Of a stretch of DNA of 64,000 nt, positions 10,618 to 21,070 are shown piece by piece. The DNA is from Escherichia coli (GTDB lineage Bacteria > Pseudomonadota > Gammaproteobacteria > Enterobacterales > Enterobacteriaceae), in NCBI RefSeq assembly GCF_024502345.1, contig NZ_JALDNN010000002.1. The stretch is one strand, 5' to 3'. Position numbers and translations under genes: made by a program. Positions within the stretch are counted from its first letter, which is position 1. Each line of letters starts with the position of its first letter. The notes under the pieces were generated by a model that made no database searches, had not been told where the DNA came from, and worked only from the letters and a program-made list of their open reading frames with translations.

Positions 10618-12562
10618 TGCGCCGGGAGACCGGTAGAGATCAAGGGGTGAAAGTCCCCGACCATTGAAGGACCAGCAATCCACAAGGTCCCCGAGTCATG
10701 CGTTGCATACCGCGAGGTATGGGGCGAAGCGTTGACAGGGGTGTTGACAGGCCAGCCATTGAGCCACGAAATGTATATTAAATTACCGGGTGCCGACGTT
10801 GTACTGTTAACGGAAGGCAACATCATAGGGTGCGATACTGCGAGTGCCACATGGACCCGGCGGGGTCTGAGACCCTGGCATGTCAATACGATCTCTACGC
10901 GGGAACCGGGAGATCTCCCCTCTGACCATCTGCCAGTGTCGGAGATGGCCCGCACCGGGAAGACGAGGAGTCATAGCCGGTGATGTACGGAGAGGAGAAG
11001 TCGGACTCGCTCATAGTAGCGGCGAAGCAGGCGAACAACCCGAAAGGAGCGGAGTCAGTGGAGCGAAGGAGCGGGGCCAAGGGGAACGTGGAACAGCCAC
11101 ACATGCGCCGGACACAGAGCCGGGAAAGCATGTCACAGAGGCTGTCACGCGTGCGGGAAGCTGCGAAGCAGCGGAAGAAAGAACGGTTTACAGCATTGTT
11201 CCACCTGCTGACAGTCGAAGCACTGGAAGCCGCATTCCTCTCCCTGAGCAGGAAAGCGGCCGCCGGAGTGGATGGCATCAGGTGGATGGACTACGCCGGA
11301 AACATGAAGAACAACATAACAGATCTGCACCGGAGGCTACATCAGGGCAGCTACAGGGCGCAGCCCGGCAGGCGTCACTACATCCCAAAAGCGGATGGAA
11401 AACAACGCCCGCTCGGCATCGCCTCGCTGGAGGACAAGATCGTCCAGTATGCGCTGGTGAAAATCCTGAACGCAGTCTATGAAAACGACTTTATGGGGTT
11501 CTCATACGGGTTCAGACCCGGGCGAAGCCAGCACGATGCACTGGACGCACTGGCCACAGGGCTGGTACGCACTAACGTAAACTGGGTACTGGATGCCGAC
11601 ATCAGTCAGTTCTTCGACAGGGTGAGCCACGAATGGCTGATCAGGTTCACAGAGCATCGGATCGGCGACCGGAGCGTAATCAGGCTCATACGTAAGTGGC
11701 TCACAGCCGGGACGTTGGAGGAGGGTCAATGGCGAGCAACGGAGGAAGGCACCCCACAGGGTGCGGTCATCTCACCGCTGCTGGCAAACATATACCTCCA
11801 CTACGTCTTCGATCTGTGGGCGCATCAGTGGCGACGTCGCTATGCCACAGGCAATGTGGTAATGGTCAGATACGCCGATGACATCGTCATCGGGTTCGAC
11901 AAACGATACGATGCCCGGCGCTTCCGTATAGCCATGCAGCGCAGACTGAGGGAGTTCGGACTCACGGTTCACCCGGAGAAAACCCGTCTGATGGAGTTCG
12001 GCCGCTTCGCTGCCGAAAACCGTGCCATCAGGGGAAAAGGCAAACCAGAAACGTTCAACTTCCTCGGGTTCACGCACATCAGCGGGAAAGATCGCAACGG
12101 CAGGTTCATGCTGATACGAAAGACCCGCCGGGATCGGATGACGGCAACTCTGAAAGCCATCAAAGACGGTCTGCGAAGGCGCTGGCATTACTCAATCCCC
12201 GAACAGGGAAAATGGCTCAGGAGAGTGGTTCAGGGATACCTGAACTATCACTCGGTACCGGGCAACTTCCCCACCATGCAGAAGTTCAGGACACACGTAA
12301 CAAACCTCTGGCGCCGGGCGCTCAGGCGCAGGAGCCAGAAGGATGATACGACCTGGACGAAAGCAAACAAACTGGCAGCCGCATGGCTACCAAGGGTTCG
12401 GGTTCTTCATCCATGGCCTGTGGAGCGGTTCACCGCCAGACACCCGAGGCAGGAGCCCGGTGCGTAAATCGCGCACGCCGGGATCTGTGCGGGGGGTATC
12501 CGGTAACGGGTATCCCTACCGCGACATATTTAACAGCGTGACGATAATCCAGATCGCCTGCC
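10617..12562 (+). mobile_element. group II intron (bacterial, RT/maturase-encoding); 3' boundary approximate
   Basis: GTGCG at 10617-10621, about 360 bp structured leader, RT/maturase ORF, GNRA-loop hairpin near the 3' end; IS1 abuts at about 12563. Confidence 0.7.
10983..12467 (+). CDS. group II intron reverse transcriptase/maturase
   Basis: RT motifs incl. YADD (...MVRYADDIVIGF...), maturase domain, no endonuclease domain. Confidence 0.9.
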   Translation: MYGEEKSDSLIVAAKQANNPKGAESVERRSGAKGNVEQPHMRRTQSRESMSQRLSRVREAAKQRKKERFTALFHLLTVEALEAAFLSLSRKAAAGVDGIRWMDYAGNMKNNITDLHRRLHQGSYRAQPGRRHYIPKADGKQRPLGIASLEDKIVQYALVKILNAVYENDFMGFSYGFRPGRSQHDALDALATGLVRTNVNWVLDADISQFFDRVSHEWLIRFTEHRIGDRSVIRLIRKWLTAGTLEEGQWRATEEGTPQGAVISPLLANIYLHYVFDLWAHQWRRRYATGNVVMVRYADDIVIGFDKRYDARRFRIAMQRRLREFGLTVHPEKTRLMEFGRFAAENRAIRGKGKPETFNFLGFTHISGKDRNGRFMLIRKTRRDRMTATLKAIKDGLRRRWHYSIPEQGKWLRRVVQGYLNYHSVPGNFPTMQKFRTHVTNLWRRALRRRSQKDDTTWTKANKLAAAWLPRVRVLHPWPVERFTARHPRQEPGA

Positions 12563-12618
12563 GGATAATGGTGCCAACTTACTGATTTAGTGTACGATGG
12601 TGTCTTTGAGGTGCTCCA

Positions 12619-12894
12619 GTGGCTTCCATCTCCATCAGTTGTCCCTCCTGCTCAGCTACTGAAGGCGTGGTGCGTAACGGTAAAAGTACTGCCGGACATC
12701 AGCGCTATCTCTGCTCTCACTGCCGTAAAACATGGCAGCTACAGTTCACTTACACCGCCTCTCAGCCCGGTACGCACCAGAAAATCATTGATATGGCCAT
12801 GAATGGCGTTGGATGCCGGGCAACCGCCCGCATTATGGGCGTTGGCCTCAACACGATTTTACGTCACTTAAAAAACTCAGGCCGCAGTCGGTAA
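12619..12894 (+). CDS. insA: IS1 InsA
   Basis: [91 protein letters not shown]. Confidence 0.95.
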   Translation: MASISISCPSCSATEGVVRNGKSTAGHQRYLCSHCRKTWQLQFTYTASQPGTHQKIIDMAMNGVGCRATARIMGVGLNTILRHLKNSGRSR

Positions 12895-13316
12895 CCTCAC
12901 GCATACAACCGGGCAGTGACGTCATTGTCTGCGCGGAAATGGACGAACAGTGGGGCTACGTCGGGGCTAAATCACGTCAGCGCTGGTTATTTTACGCCTA
13001 TGGCAGGATGTGCAGGACGGTGGTGGCACGCGTCTTTGGTGAGCGTACTCTGGCCACGCTGGAGCGTCTTCCGGGCCTGCTGTCGGCCTTTGAGGTCGTG
13101 GTATGGATGACGGATGGCTGGCCGCTTTATGAATCCCGCCTGAAGGGAGAACTGCACGTTATCAGCAAGCGATATACGCAGCGAATTGAGCGGCATAACC
13201 AGAATCTGAGGCAGCATCTGGCAAGGCTGGGCAGGAAGTCACTGTCGTTCTCAAAATCGGTGGCGCTGCATGACAAAGTCATCGGGCATTATCTGAACAT
13301 AAAACACTATCAGTAA
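12813..13316 (+). CDS. insB: IS1 InsB (expressed as InsAB' by -1 frameshift)
   Basis: 167-aa ORF overlapping insA 3' end in -1 frame. Confidence 0.9.
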   Translation: MPGNRPHYGRWPQHDFTSLKKLRPQSVTSRIQPGSDVIVCAEMDEQWGYVGAKSRQRWLFYAYGRMCRTVVARVFGERTLATLERLPGLLSAFEVVVWMTDGWPLYESRLKGELHVISKRYTQRIERHNQNLRQHLARLGRKSLSFSKSVALHDKVIGHYLNIKHYQ

Positions 13317-13331
13317 GTTGGAGTCATTACC

Positions 13332-13633
13332 AACCAGTTCACCACCTACTCGCTCCGCGATTGTGGCAGTCTTCGAAATCCCCGGACGATCCGCCTTTAT
13401 GAAAGTCTTGCTCAATTCAAATCTTCAGGCTTATGGGTTACTACTCATGCTTGGTTAAATGACCGTTTCGTCTTACCGGAATCCCAGCAGAAGAACTTGG
13501 CAGAGTTGAAACGATCTTTCCTTGATCCTGCACTCAAGCAGATAAATGAGAAAACACCTTTACTTGCTAAGTATAGTATTGATGATTCAGGAAAATTTCT
13601 GTTCTCAATAATTGATAAGCAAAATCCCGTCTG
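13332..13633 (+). pseudogene. 3' fragment of a replication-initiator-like gene, 5'-truncated by IS1
   Basis: Frame open from the IS1 end; ...TTYSLRDCGSLRNPRTIRLYESLAQF... resembles the Rep_3 motif; ends at stop 13631-13633. Confidence 0.4.
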
Positions 13634-13683
13634 ACATAAATCAGCACACATGAGCCTGTCATTTGACAAATTTTTGTCATGAA

Positions 13684-14183
13684 GATGGGCGGATTTCCAC
13701 ACAGCACCGGCGCCCGGTAAGGTGGGCGGATTCCCACACGGCACCGGCGCCCGGTAAGGTGGGCGGATTCCCACACGGCACCGGCGCCCGGTAAGGTGGG
13801 CGGATTCCCACACGGCACCGGCGCCCGGCAAGATGGGCGGATTTCCACACAGCACCGGCGCCCGGTAAGGTGGGCGGATTCCCACACGGCACCGGCGCCC
13901 GGTAAGGTGGGCGGATTCCCACACGGCACCGGCGCCCCGCAAGATGGGCGGATTTCCACACAGCACCGGCGCCCGGTAAGGTGGGCGGATTTCCACACAG
14001 CACCGGCGCGCGGCAAGGTGGGCGGATTTCCACACGGCACCGGCGCCCGGCAAGGTGGGCGGATTTCCACACAGCACCGGCGCCCGGCAAGGTGGGCGGA
14101 TTCCCACACGGCACCGGCGCGCGGCAAGGTGGGCGGATTCCCACACGGCACCGGCGCCCGGCAAGGCGGGCCGATTCCCATAT
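13684..14183. repeat. tandem array of about 13.5 copies of a 37-bp GC-rich repeat
   Basis: Contiguous units g[ga]tgggcggatt[tc]ccacac[ag]gcaccggcgc[cg]cgg[tc]aag with two alternating variants. Confidence 0.95.
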
Positions 14184-14406
14184 CGACATGTATGTAGCTT
14201 GTGTTATCTGTGGATTGTGCAGCTCAGCGGGTCGCTGGTCGTATGGCGGAGTGTCCCCCGTAACCGGCCGCGTGCGGCCGCTAACGCGCAGTACGGCGCC
14301 GCGTCCCGCAGGCGGGCCGCCGTTCCCGCGCGCAGCACTGCGCACCCCCGTGGGGGACGTGCGGCAGCTGCGTGGCGGTGACCGGCACGAACCGCATGTT
14401 AGGTCG

Positions 14407-14709
14407 AGTGACGGCTTCACAAATAGCTTCAGCGTCTGCAGCATCATGCTTATTGGTTTTAACATAGGGTTTGACGAACTGAGGGGCCATCAGTTTGACA
14501 TTATGGCCCATCGATATCAGTTTATTGGCCCAGAAATGAGCAGATGCACAGGCCTCCATGCCGATCAAACAGGGTGGGATGTTGGCAAAAAAGGAGGCCA
14601 TTTGTGCCCGTCTGAGTTGTTTGTTGAACAACCGTTTTCCGTGCTCGTCAACCCCATGGATCTGGAAAACGTTTTTTGCCAAATCGATTCCAATAGTTTT
14701 AACGTTCAT
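14407..14709 (-). pseudogene. IS110-family transposase N-terminal fragment
   Basis: MNVKTIGIDLAKNVFQIHGVDEHGK...; sequence then degenerates into GC-rich non-homologous frame. Confidence 0.7.
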
Positions 14710-14914
14710 GATAGCAGCGCTCCGTTCAATGAGTGACGATTTATCGTCCCACTGTGGCACAAGAGATGGGAGGCGACCATTCCATTAACAAAGCCGGTAT
14801 TTAGCCGTTGATGCGTCAATACCGTAGGTAAATTTAGCAACTAGAAACCATACCATTATTGGCGGCAAAGTAATTGCAAATAAAAATGCTAAGCCTCTTT
14901 CTCTATCGTCCATT

Positions 14915-15331
14915 TCAGCGCTCCTTTTTTGGTTCCCAGACTTTATAGCCGTTACGTTCAACCTCTGCTTTTGCCGCTTTGGTTTTACCCGGTTCTGCTA
15001 TCGAACGTAGGAGGATCAGCGTTTCAATAGCGAGTGATTCATGCAACATCATCTGTCCTGCCGGTGGGAATGTTACGCCAGATAGCGTTTCGGTTATTGC
15101 CTTCAGCTCATCGCGCAGTGAGCCAAAATCCGCATCTGAAGCACGGTCAAAAAGGTAATCCAGTTTGCGATTTACGTCGCTCAGCTGGTTGGTAACTATT
15201 TTCAACCCGGACTCCAGATCACCTGGGCCAGCTTCAAGGCAGCGCCGCAGATACTCTGACCGATTACCACCTGAAACCAGGTCTATATAGGCCAAAAGTT
15301 CATCTGATACTTTTGCGGTTATTGTTGGCAT
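14915..15331 (-). CDS. hypothetical protein with N-terminal ribbon-helix-helix-like segment
   Basis: 138 aa; MPTITAKVSDELLAYIDLV...RSEYLRRCLE pattern suggests RHH DNA binding; function unknown. Confidence 0.5.
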   Translation of the reverse strand: MPTITAKVSDELLAYIDLVSGGNRSEYLRRCLEAGPGDLESGLKIVTNQLSDVNRKLDYLFDRASDADFGSLRDELKAITETLSGVTFPPAGQMMLHESLAIETLILLRSIAEPGKTKAAKAEVERNGYKVWEPKKER

Positions 15332-15654
15332 TCAGTCCTCACTTTGTGCATTTTTTAAACGAAAAAAGGGTGTCTAATACGGTGAAATCATAGTATTACC
15401 AAAGTAATAAATAAAAAATTCTTTAAATCAGTAAGTTAGATTAGATTTGTAATACCTGGGTAATACCGCAGTATGGCTAAATTTGGTTTTTTTCTTTTAA
15501 ATCAGTGAGATAGCGTGATTTATCACGCTGCGTTAGGTGTATAGCAGGTTAAGGGATAAAAAATCATCTTTTTTTGGTAGGGCGATCTCCGTAGGTTAAG
15601 GGTCATTTGGCTAAAAAGCGTCCTATTCTTTGATGGTCATGCTTGCATGACCAT

Positions 15655-15830
15655 CTGAGCAACCAAAAACTACAGATAAACTACAGATAAACTACAAAAA
15701 ACGTTTTGCCTTAGTGTTGGGAGACTACAAATAGACTACAATAAAACTACAAATAAACTACAAATAAACTACAAAAAACGTGACAGACTACAAATAGACT
15801 ACAATAAAACTACAGATAAACTACAAAACT
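15655..15830. repeat. iteron-like array of about 14 direct repeats (ACTACA[AG]ATA[AG]A, 11-bp periodicity)
   Basis: aactacagataaactacagataaactacaaaaaacg...gactacaaatagactacaataaaactacaaataaactacaaataaa... Confidence 0.9.
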
Positions 15831-15886
15831 CGATTGACCCCTTCTTACGAGTGTTGTAGAGTCATTTTCATACAACGGAGGGGGTT

Positions 15887-16273
15887 ATGAATAAACCAGC
15901 AGATCTGAAACCCCGCAACTTATCGGCTGCTGTCAGATTGCGCCTAAATGAAATCGAGAACTGGCTGGACAGAGGGCTAACGCGGCATGAAATTGCTGAA
16001 ATCCTCGACAGCGAATACAGCTTTTCGGTAACAGCCAAAGGGCTTGAGATGGCACTGTATAGAACGCGGCAAAACCGAAAAAATGTATTGCACAATACAC
16101 ATGATAAGAGTAGCGCGAAGGGTGCAGCGGAAAGTGTATTGCACAATACACAACCGTCTGAGCCTGAAGCGCAGGAAAGTAAAAAAGCAGAGAGTCCCGG
16201 CATTATTGATAAAGAATTCTTCAAGAAAATCGGTGAGAATTTCGACCCTAAGAAGTTCAACAAAAAATTCTGA
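15887..16273 (+). CDS. hypothetical DNA-binding protein (candidate iteron-binding adaptor)
   Basis: 128 aa; GGGGG RBS; helix-turn-helix-like ...GLTRHEIAEIL...; directly downstream of the iteron array. Confidence 0.5.
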   Translation: MNKPADLKPRNLSAAVRLRLNEIENWLDRGLTRHEIAEILDSEYSFSVTAKGLEMALYRTRQNRKNVLHNTHDKSSAKGAAESVLHNTQPSEPEAQESKKAESPGIIDKEFFKKIGENFDPKKFNKKF

Positions 16274-16281
16274 GGTGATTT

Positions 16282-16468
16282 ATGAAAGTAGCGGTAATTA
16301 ATTACAGTGGCAGTGTTCGTAAAACCTTAATTTCATCTTACCTGTTAGCCCCGCGCCTGACTGGTGCAAAGTTCTATGCGGTAGAGACTATCAACCAGTC
16401 TGCTTCCGATCTGGGTATTGAAAATGTGACCAGTTTTAAAGGTGACGACTTCTCACGTTTGATTGAGG
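16282..16468 (+). pseudogene. N-terminal fragment of a possible actin-like (ParM-type) ATPase, 3'-truncated by IS1
   Basis: MKVAVINYSGSVRKTLISS... resembles the ParM N-terminus (MLVFIDDGSTNIKLQW); frame runs into IS1 at 16469. Confidence 0.35.
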
Positions 16469-17007
16469 GGTAATGACTCCAACTTACTGGTAGTGTTTTA
16501 TGTTCAGATAATGTCCAATGACTTTGTCATGCAGTTCTCCCTTCAGGCGTGATTCATAAAGCGGCCAGTCATCCGTCATCCATACCACGACCTCAAAGGC
16601 CGACAGCAGGCCCGGAAGACGCTCCAGCGTGGCCAACGTGCGTTCACCGAATACGTGCGCCACAACCGTCCTCCGTATCCTGTCATACGCGTAAAACAAC
16701 CAGCGCTGGCGTGATTTAGCGCCGACGTAACCCCACTGTTCGTCTATTTCCGCGCAAACAATGACGTCACTGCCCGGTTGTATGCGTGAGTTTACCGACT
16801 GCGGCCTGAGAGGCGGTGTAAGTGAACTGTAGCTGCCATGTTTTACGGCAGTGAGAGCAGAGATAGCGCTGATGTCCGGCAGTACTTTTACCGTTACGCA
16901 CCACGCCTTCAGTAGCTGAGCAGGAGGGACAAGTGATGGAGATGGAAGCCACTGGAGCACCTCAAAACCACCATCATACACTAAATCAGCAAGTTGGTAG
17001 CATTACC
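16469..17007 (-). mobile_element. IS1 copy b, internally deleted (539 bp)
   Basis: Both IS1 ends present; insA and insB carry internal deletions relative to copy a. Confidence 0.85.
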
Positions 17008-17279
17008 CAGAACTGGACAGAATAGGCTGTATGTCTAACTTCTGGCCACAGATATAATCGAGCCAGCAGTGCTCGCCGCAGCCGAGCGACAGGGCGAAGC
17101 CCCGAGTGAGCGAGGAAGCACCATGGAACAGTACTCATAAATTCTGCATACGCTCAATGCCTGCAAAATCACCTCCCATAGGGGTTATCCACTTATCCAC
17201 GGGGATATTTTTATAAGATCTTTTTAAATAGTTGTTAGATTTTTATTTTTAGAATGCCCACAGGCCTTTATCCATGCGG

Positions 17280-17400
17280 GTTCCAGAGAGGGATCTGTGA
17301 CAAAACGCCCTTTCAGTGTGACAAATCACCCTCAAATAGCCGCCATTTCTGTGACAAGTTGCCCTTAACCCTGTGACAAATTGCCCTCAGGAAGCGTTGC
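17280..17400. promoter_or_regulatory. F-type (RepFIA-like) iterons, orphaned: four TGTGACAA[AT]T.GCCCT repeats
   Basis: ctgtgacaaaacgccc / gtgtgacaaatcaccc / ctgtgacaagttgccc / ctgtgacaaattgccctcag at about 22-bp spacing; no rep gene adjacent. Confidence 0.65.
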
Positions 17401-17529
17401 TTTTCACAAAGTTATCCATCCCTGTTGACTCTGTTTTATGAAGTGTGACAATCTTAAAGTCTGTCACACTTCGCATGGACCTGTCATGGCGGAAATAGCG
17501 GTTATAAACCATAAAAAACGTAAAAATAG

Positions 17530-18446
17530 TGAATCGCCACGGATAATCTAGACACTTCCGAGCCGTTGATAATACTGGTTTTCATATTCTGTCGGTGACA
17601 TCTGTTCGCTAGAACCATGCCGACGCTTACTGTTATAAAACATTTCGATGTAATCAAAAATATCACTGCGGGCTTCTTCCCGCGTTCCGTAGATCTTTTT
17701 CTTTATCCGTTCACGTTTCAACAACTGGAAAAAACTTTCTGCAACCGCATTATCATGGCAGTTACCGCGACGGCTCATGCTACCCTCCAGGCCGTGTGAT
17801 TTCAGGAACGACTGCCACTCATGGCTTGTGTACTGACTGCCCTGATCCGAATGAACCAGCACCTGTTTTTCGGGATTACGCCGCCATACAGCCATCAGCA
17901 GTGCGTTCAGGACAATGTCCTTTGTCATCCGGGATTGCATGGACCAGCCGATAATTTTGCGTGAGAACAGATCAACAACAACGGCAAGATACAGCCAGCC
18001 TTCGTGGGTCCTGATGTAGGTTATGTCCGTTACCCAACGCTCATCAGGAGCATCCGGATTGAACTGTCGCTGGAGCCTGTTGGGTGACACGATACTGGCC
18101 TCGCCTTTACGTGCCCGCGGGCTTCGGTATCCGACCTGAGCCTTTATTCCGACACGTTTCATCAGTCTCCAGACTCTGTTTACTCCGCACTGTTGCCCGC
18201 TGTCACGCAGATCCAGATGGATTTTGCGATAACCATAGACGCATCCCGATTCCAGCCAGAACTGTTTAATCTGTCCTGTCAGTCTCAGGTCTGCCTGATG
18301 GCGTTGTGAATGCGGCTGCTGAAGCCAGGCGTAAAAACCACTGGGATGAACATCCAGCACCCGACAGAGCAGGCGAACAGGCCAGCAACAGGAGTTGTCA
18401 CGGATAAAGGCGTACCTCAGTCGGACAGCTTTGCGAAGTACGCCGC
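17530..18446 (-). mobile_element. IS3-family element fragment X (right IR plus orfB), truncated by IS30
   Basis: Terminal tgaatcgccacgg... IR at 17530; orfB with DDE motifs; orfA missing. Confidence 0.8.
17548..18360 (-). CDS. IS3-family transposase OrfB (DDE integrase domain), partial
   Basis: 270 aa; ...WVTDITYIRTHEGWLYLAVVVDLFSRKIIGW...HSDQGSQYTS... Confidence 0.85.
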   Translation of the reverse strand: MLDVHPSGFYAWLQQPHSQRHQADLRLTGQIKQFWLESGCVYGYRKIHLDLRDSGQQCGVNRVWRLMKRVGIKAQVGYRSPRARKGEASIVSPNRLQRQFNPDAPDERWVTDITYIRTHEGWLYLAVVVDLFSRKIIGWSMQSRMTKDIVLNALLMAVWRRNPEKQVLVHSDQGSQYTSHEWQSFLKSHGLEGSMSRRGNCHDNAVAESFFQLLKRERIKKKIYGTREEARSDIFDYIEMFYNSKRRHGSSEQMSPTEYENQYYQRLGSV

Positions 18447-20583
<2,137 letters not shown>

Positions 20584-21070
20584 AATTAATGGGCGGCGCT
20601 TTTTTGAAATGATTGCGCACTACCAAGCGCTGATTAACAGCCTAACCGGCGAGGCATTAACCAAACAGTCCAGCATTCCTTTATCAGACCGTGCACAGCA
20701 GATTCTTAACGCGCTCAATAGCTATAGGGCACGGCATCGAACGGGCGATCGTTATATCCGCATGCTGTTTGACTGTGCGCTGCTGTATTACTTCGATAAA
20801 TTTGGCAAAGAGCAACTATCAGAAGCGATCGAAAAGTTTTTCATCTGGGCCTATAGCTGCCGCTTAACCAGCCACGCTGTGTATATCGAAACCATGGATA
20901 ACCACGCCCGCAACAGCAAACTGTTTAAATTAATCCAGTCCGCCATTAGCCCAAAACAAGTACTGGCGCTGCCTTTAAAAACCCTCACCCCCGCTGATCT
21001 CAAGGCAAGTAAGATGGGCGATTTGGTTAAGCTATTCGAAGGAATGAAATACTATGTCGAATCCAAATAA
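20584..21070 (+). pseudogene. 3' portion of an unknown gene, 5'-truncated by the IS3-family fragment
   Basis: Frame open upstream to the IS boundary; no family recognised. Confidence 0.5.

Larger units (their letters stand above)
12563..13331 (+). mobile_element. IS1 copy a (left end slightly divergent)
   Basis: IS1 ends (...gccaacttactgatttagtg... / ...aagttggagtcattacc); insA and insB present. Confidence 0.9.

Noticed and set aside
10143-10955. 270-aa ORF read as a long UmuD
   Set aside because: The UmuD homology starts at the internal Met (ATG 10574) with a GGAGGA RBS; the upstream extension runs through the SOS box and group II intron sequence
13684-14183. Possible CRISPR array
   Set aside because: Units are contiguous with no unique spacers and no cas genes nearby
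13445-14465. Long ORFs on both strands across the 37-bp repeat array (239, 204, 262, 251 aa)
   Set aside because: All are translations of the same tandem repeat in different frames, giving periodic low-complexity peptides; not real proteins
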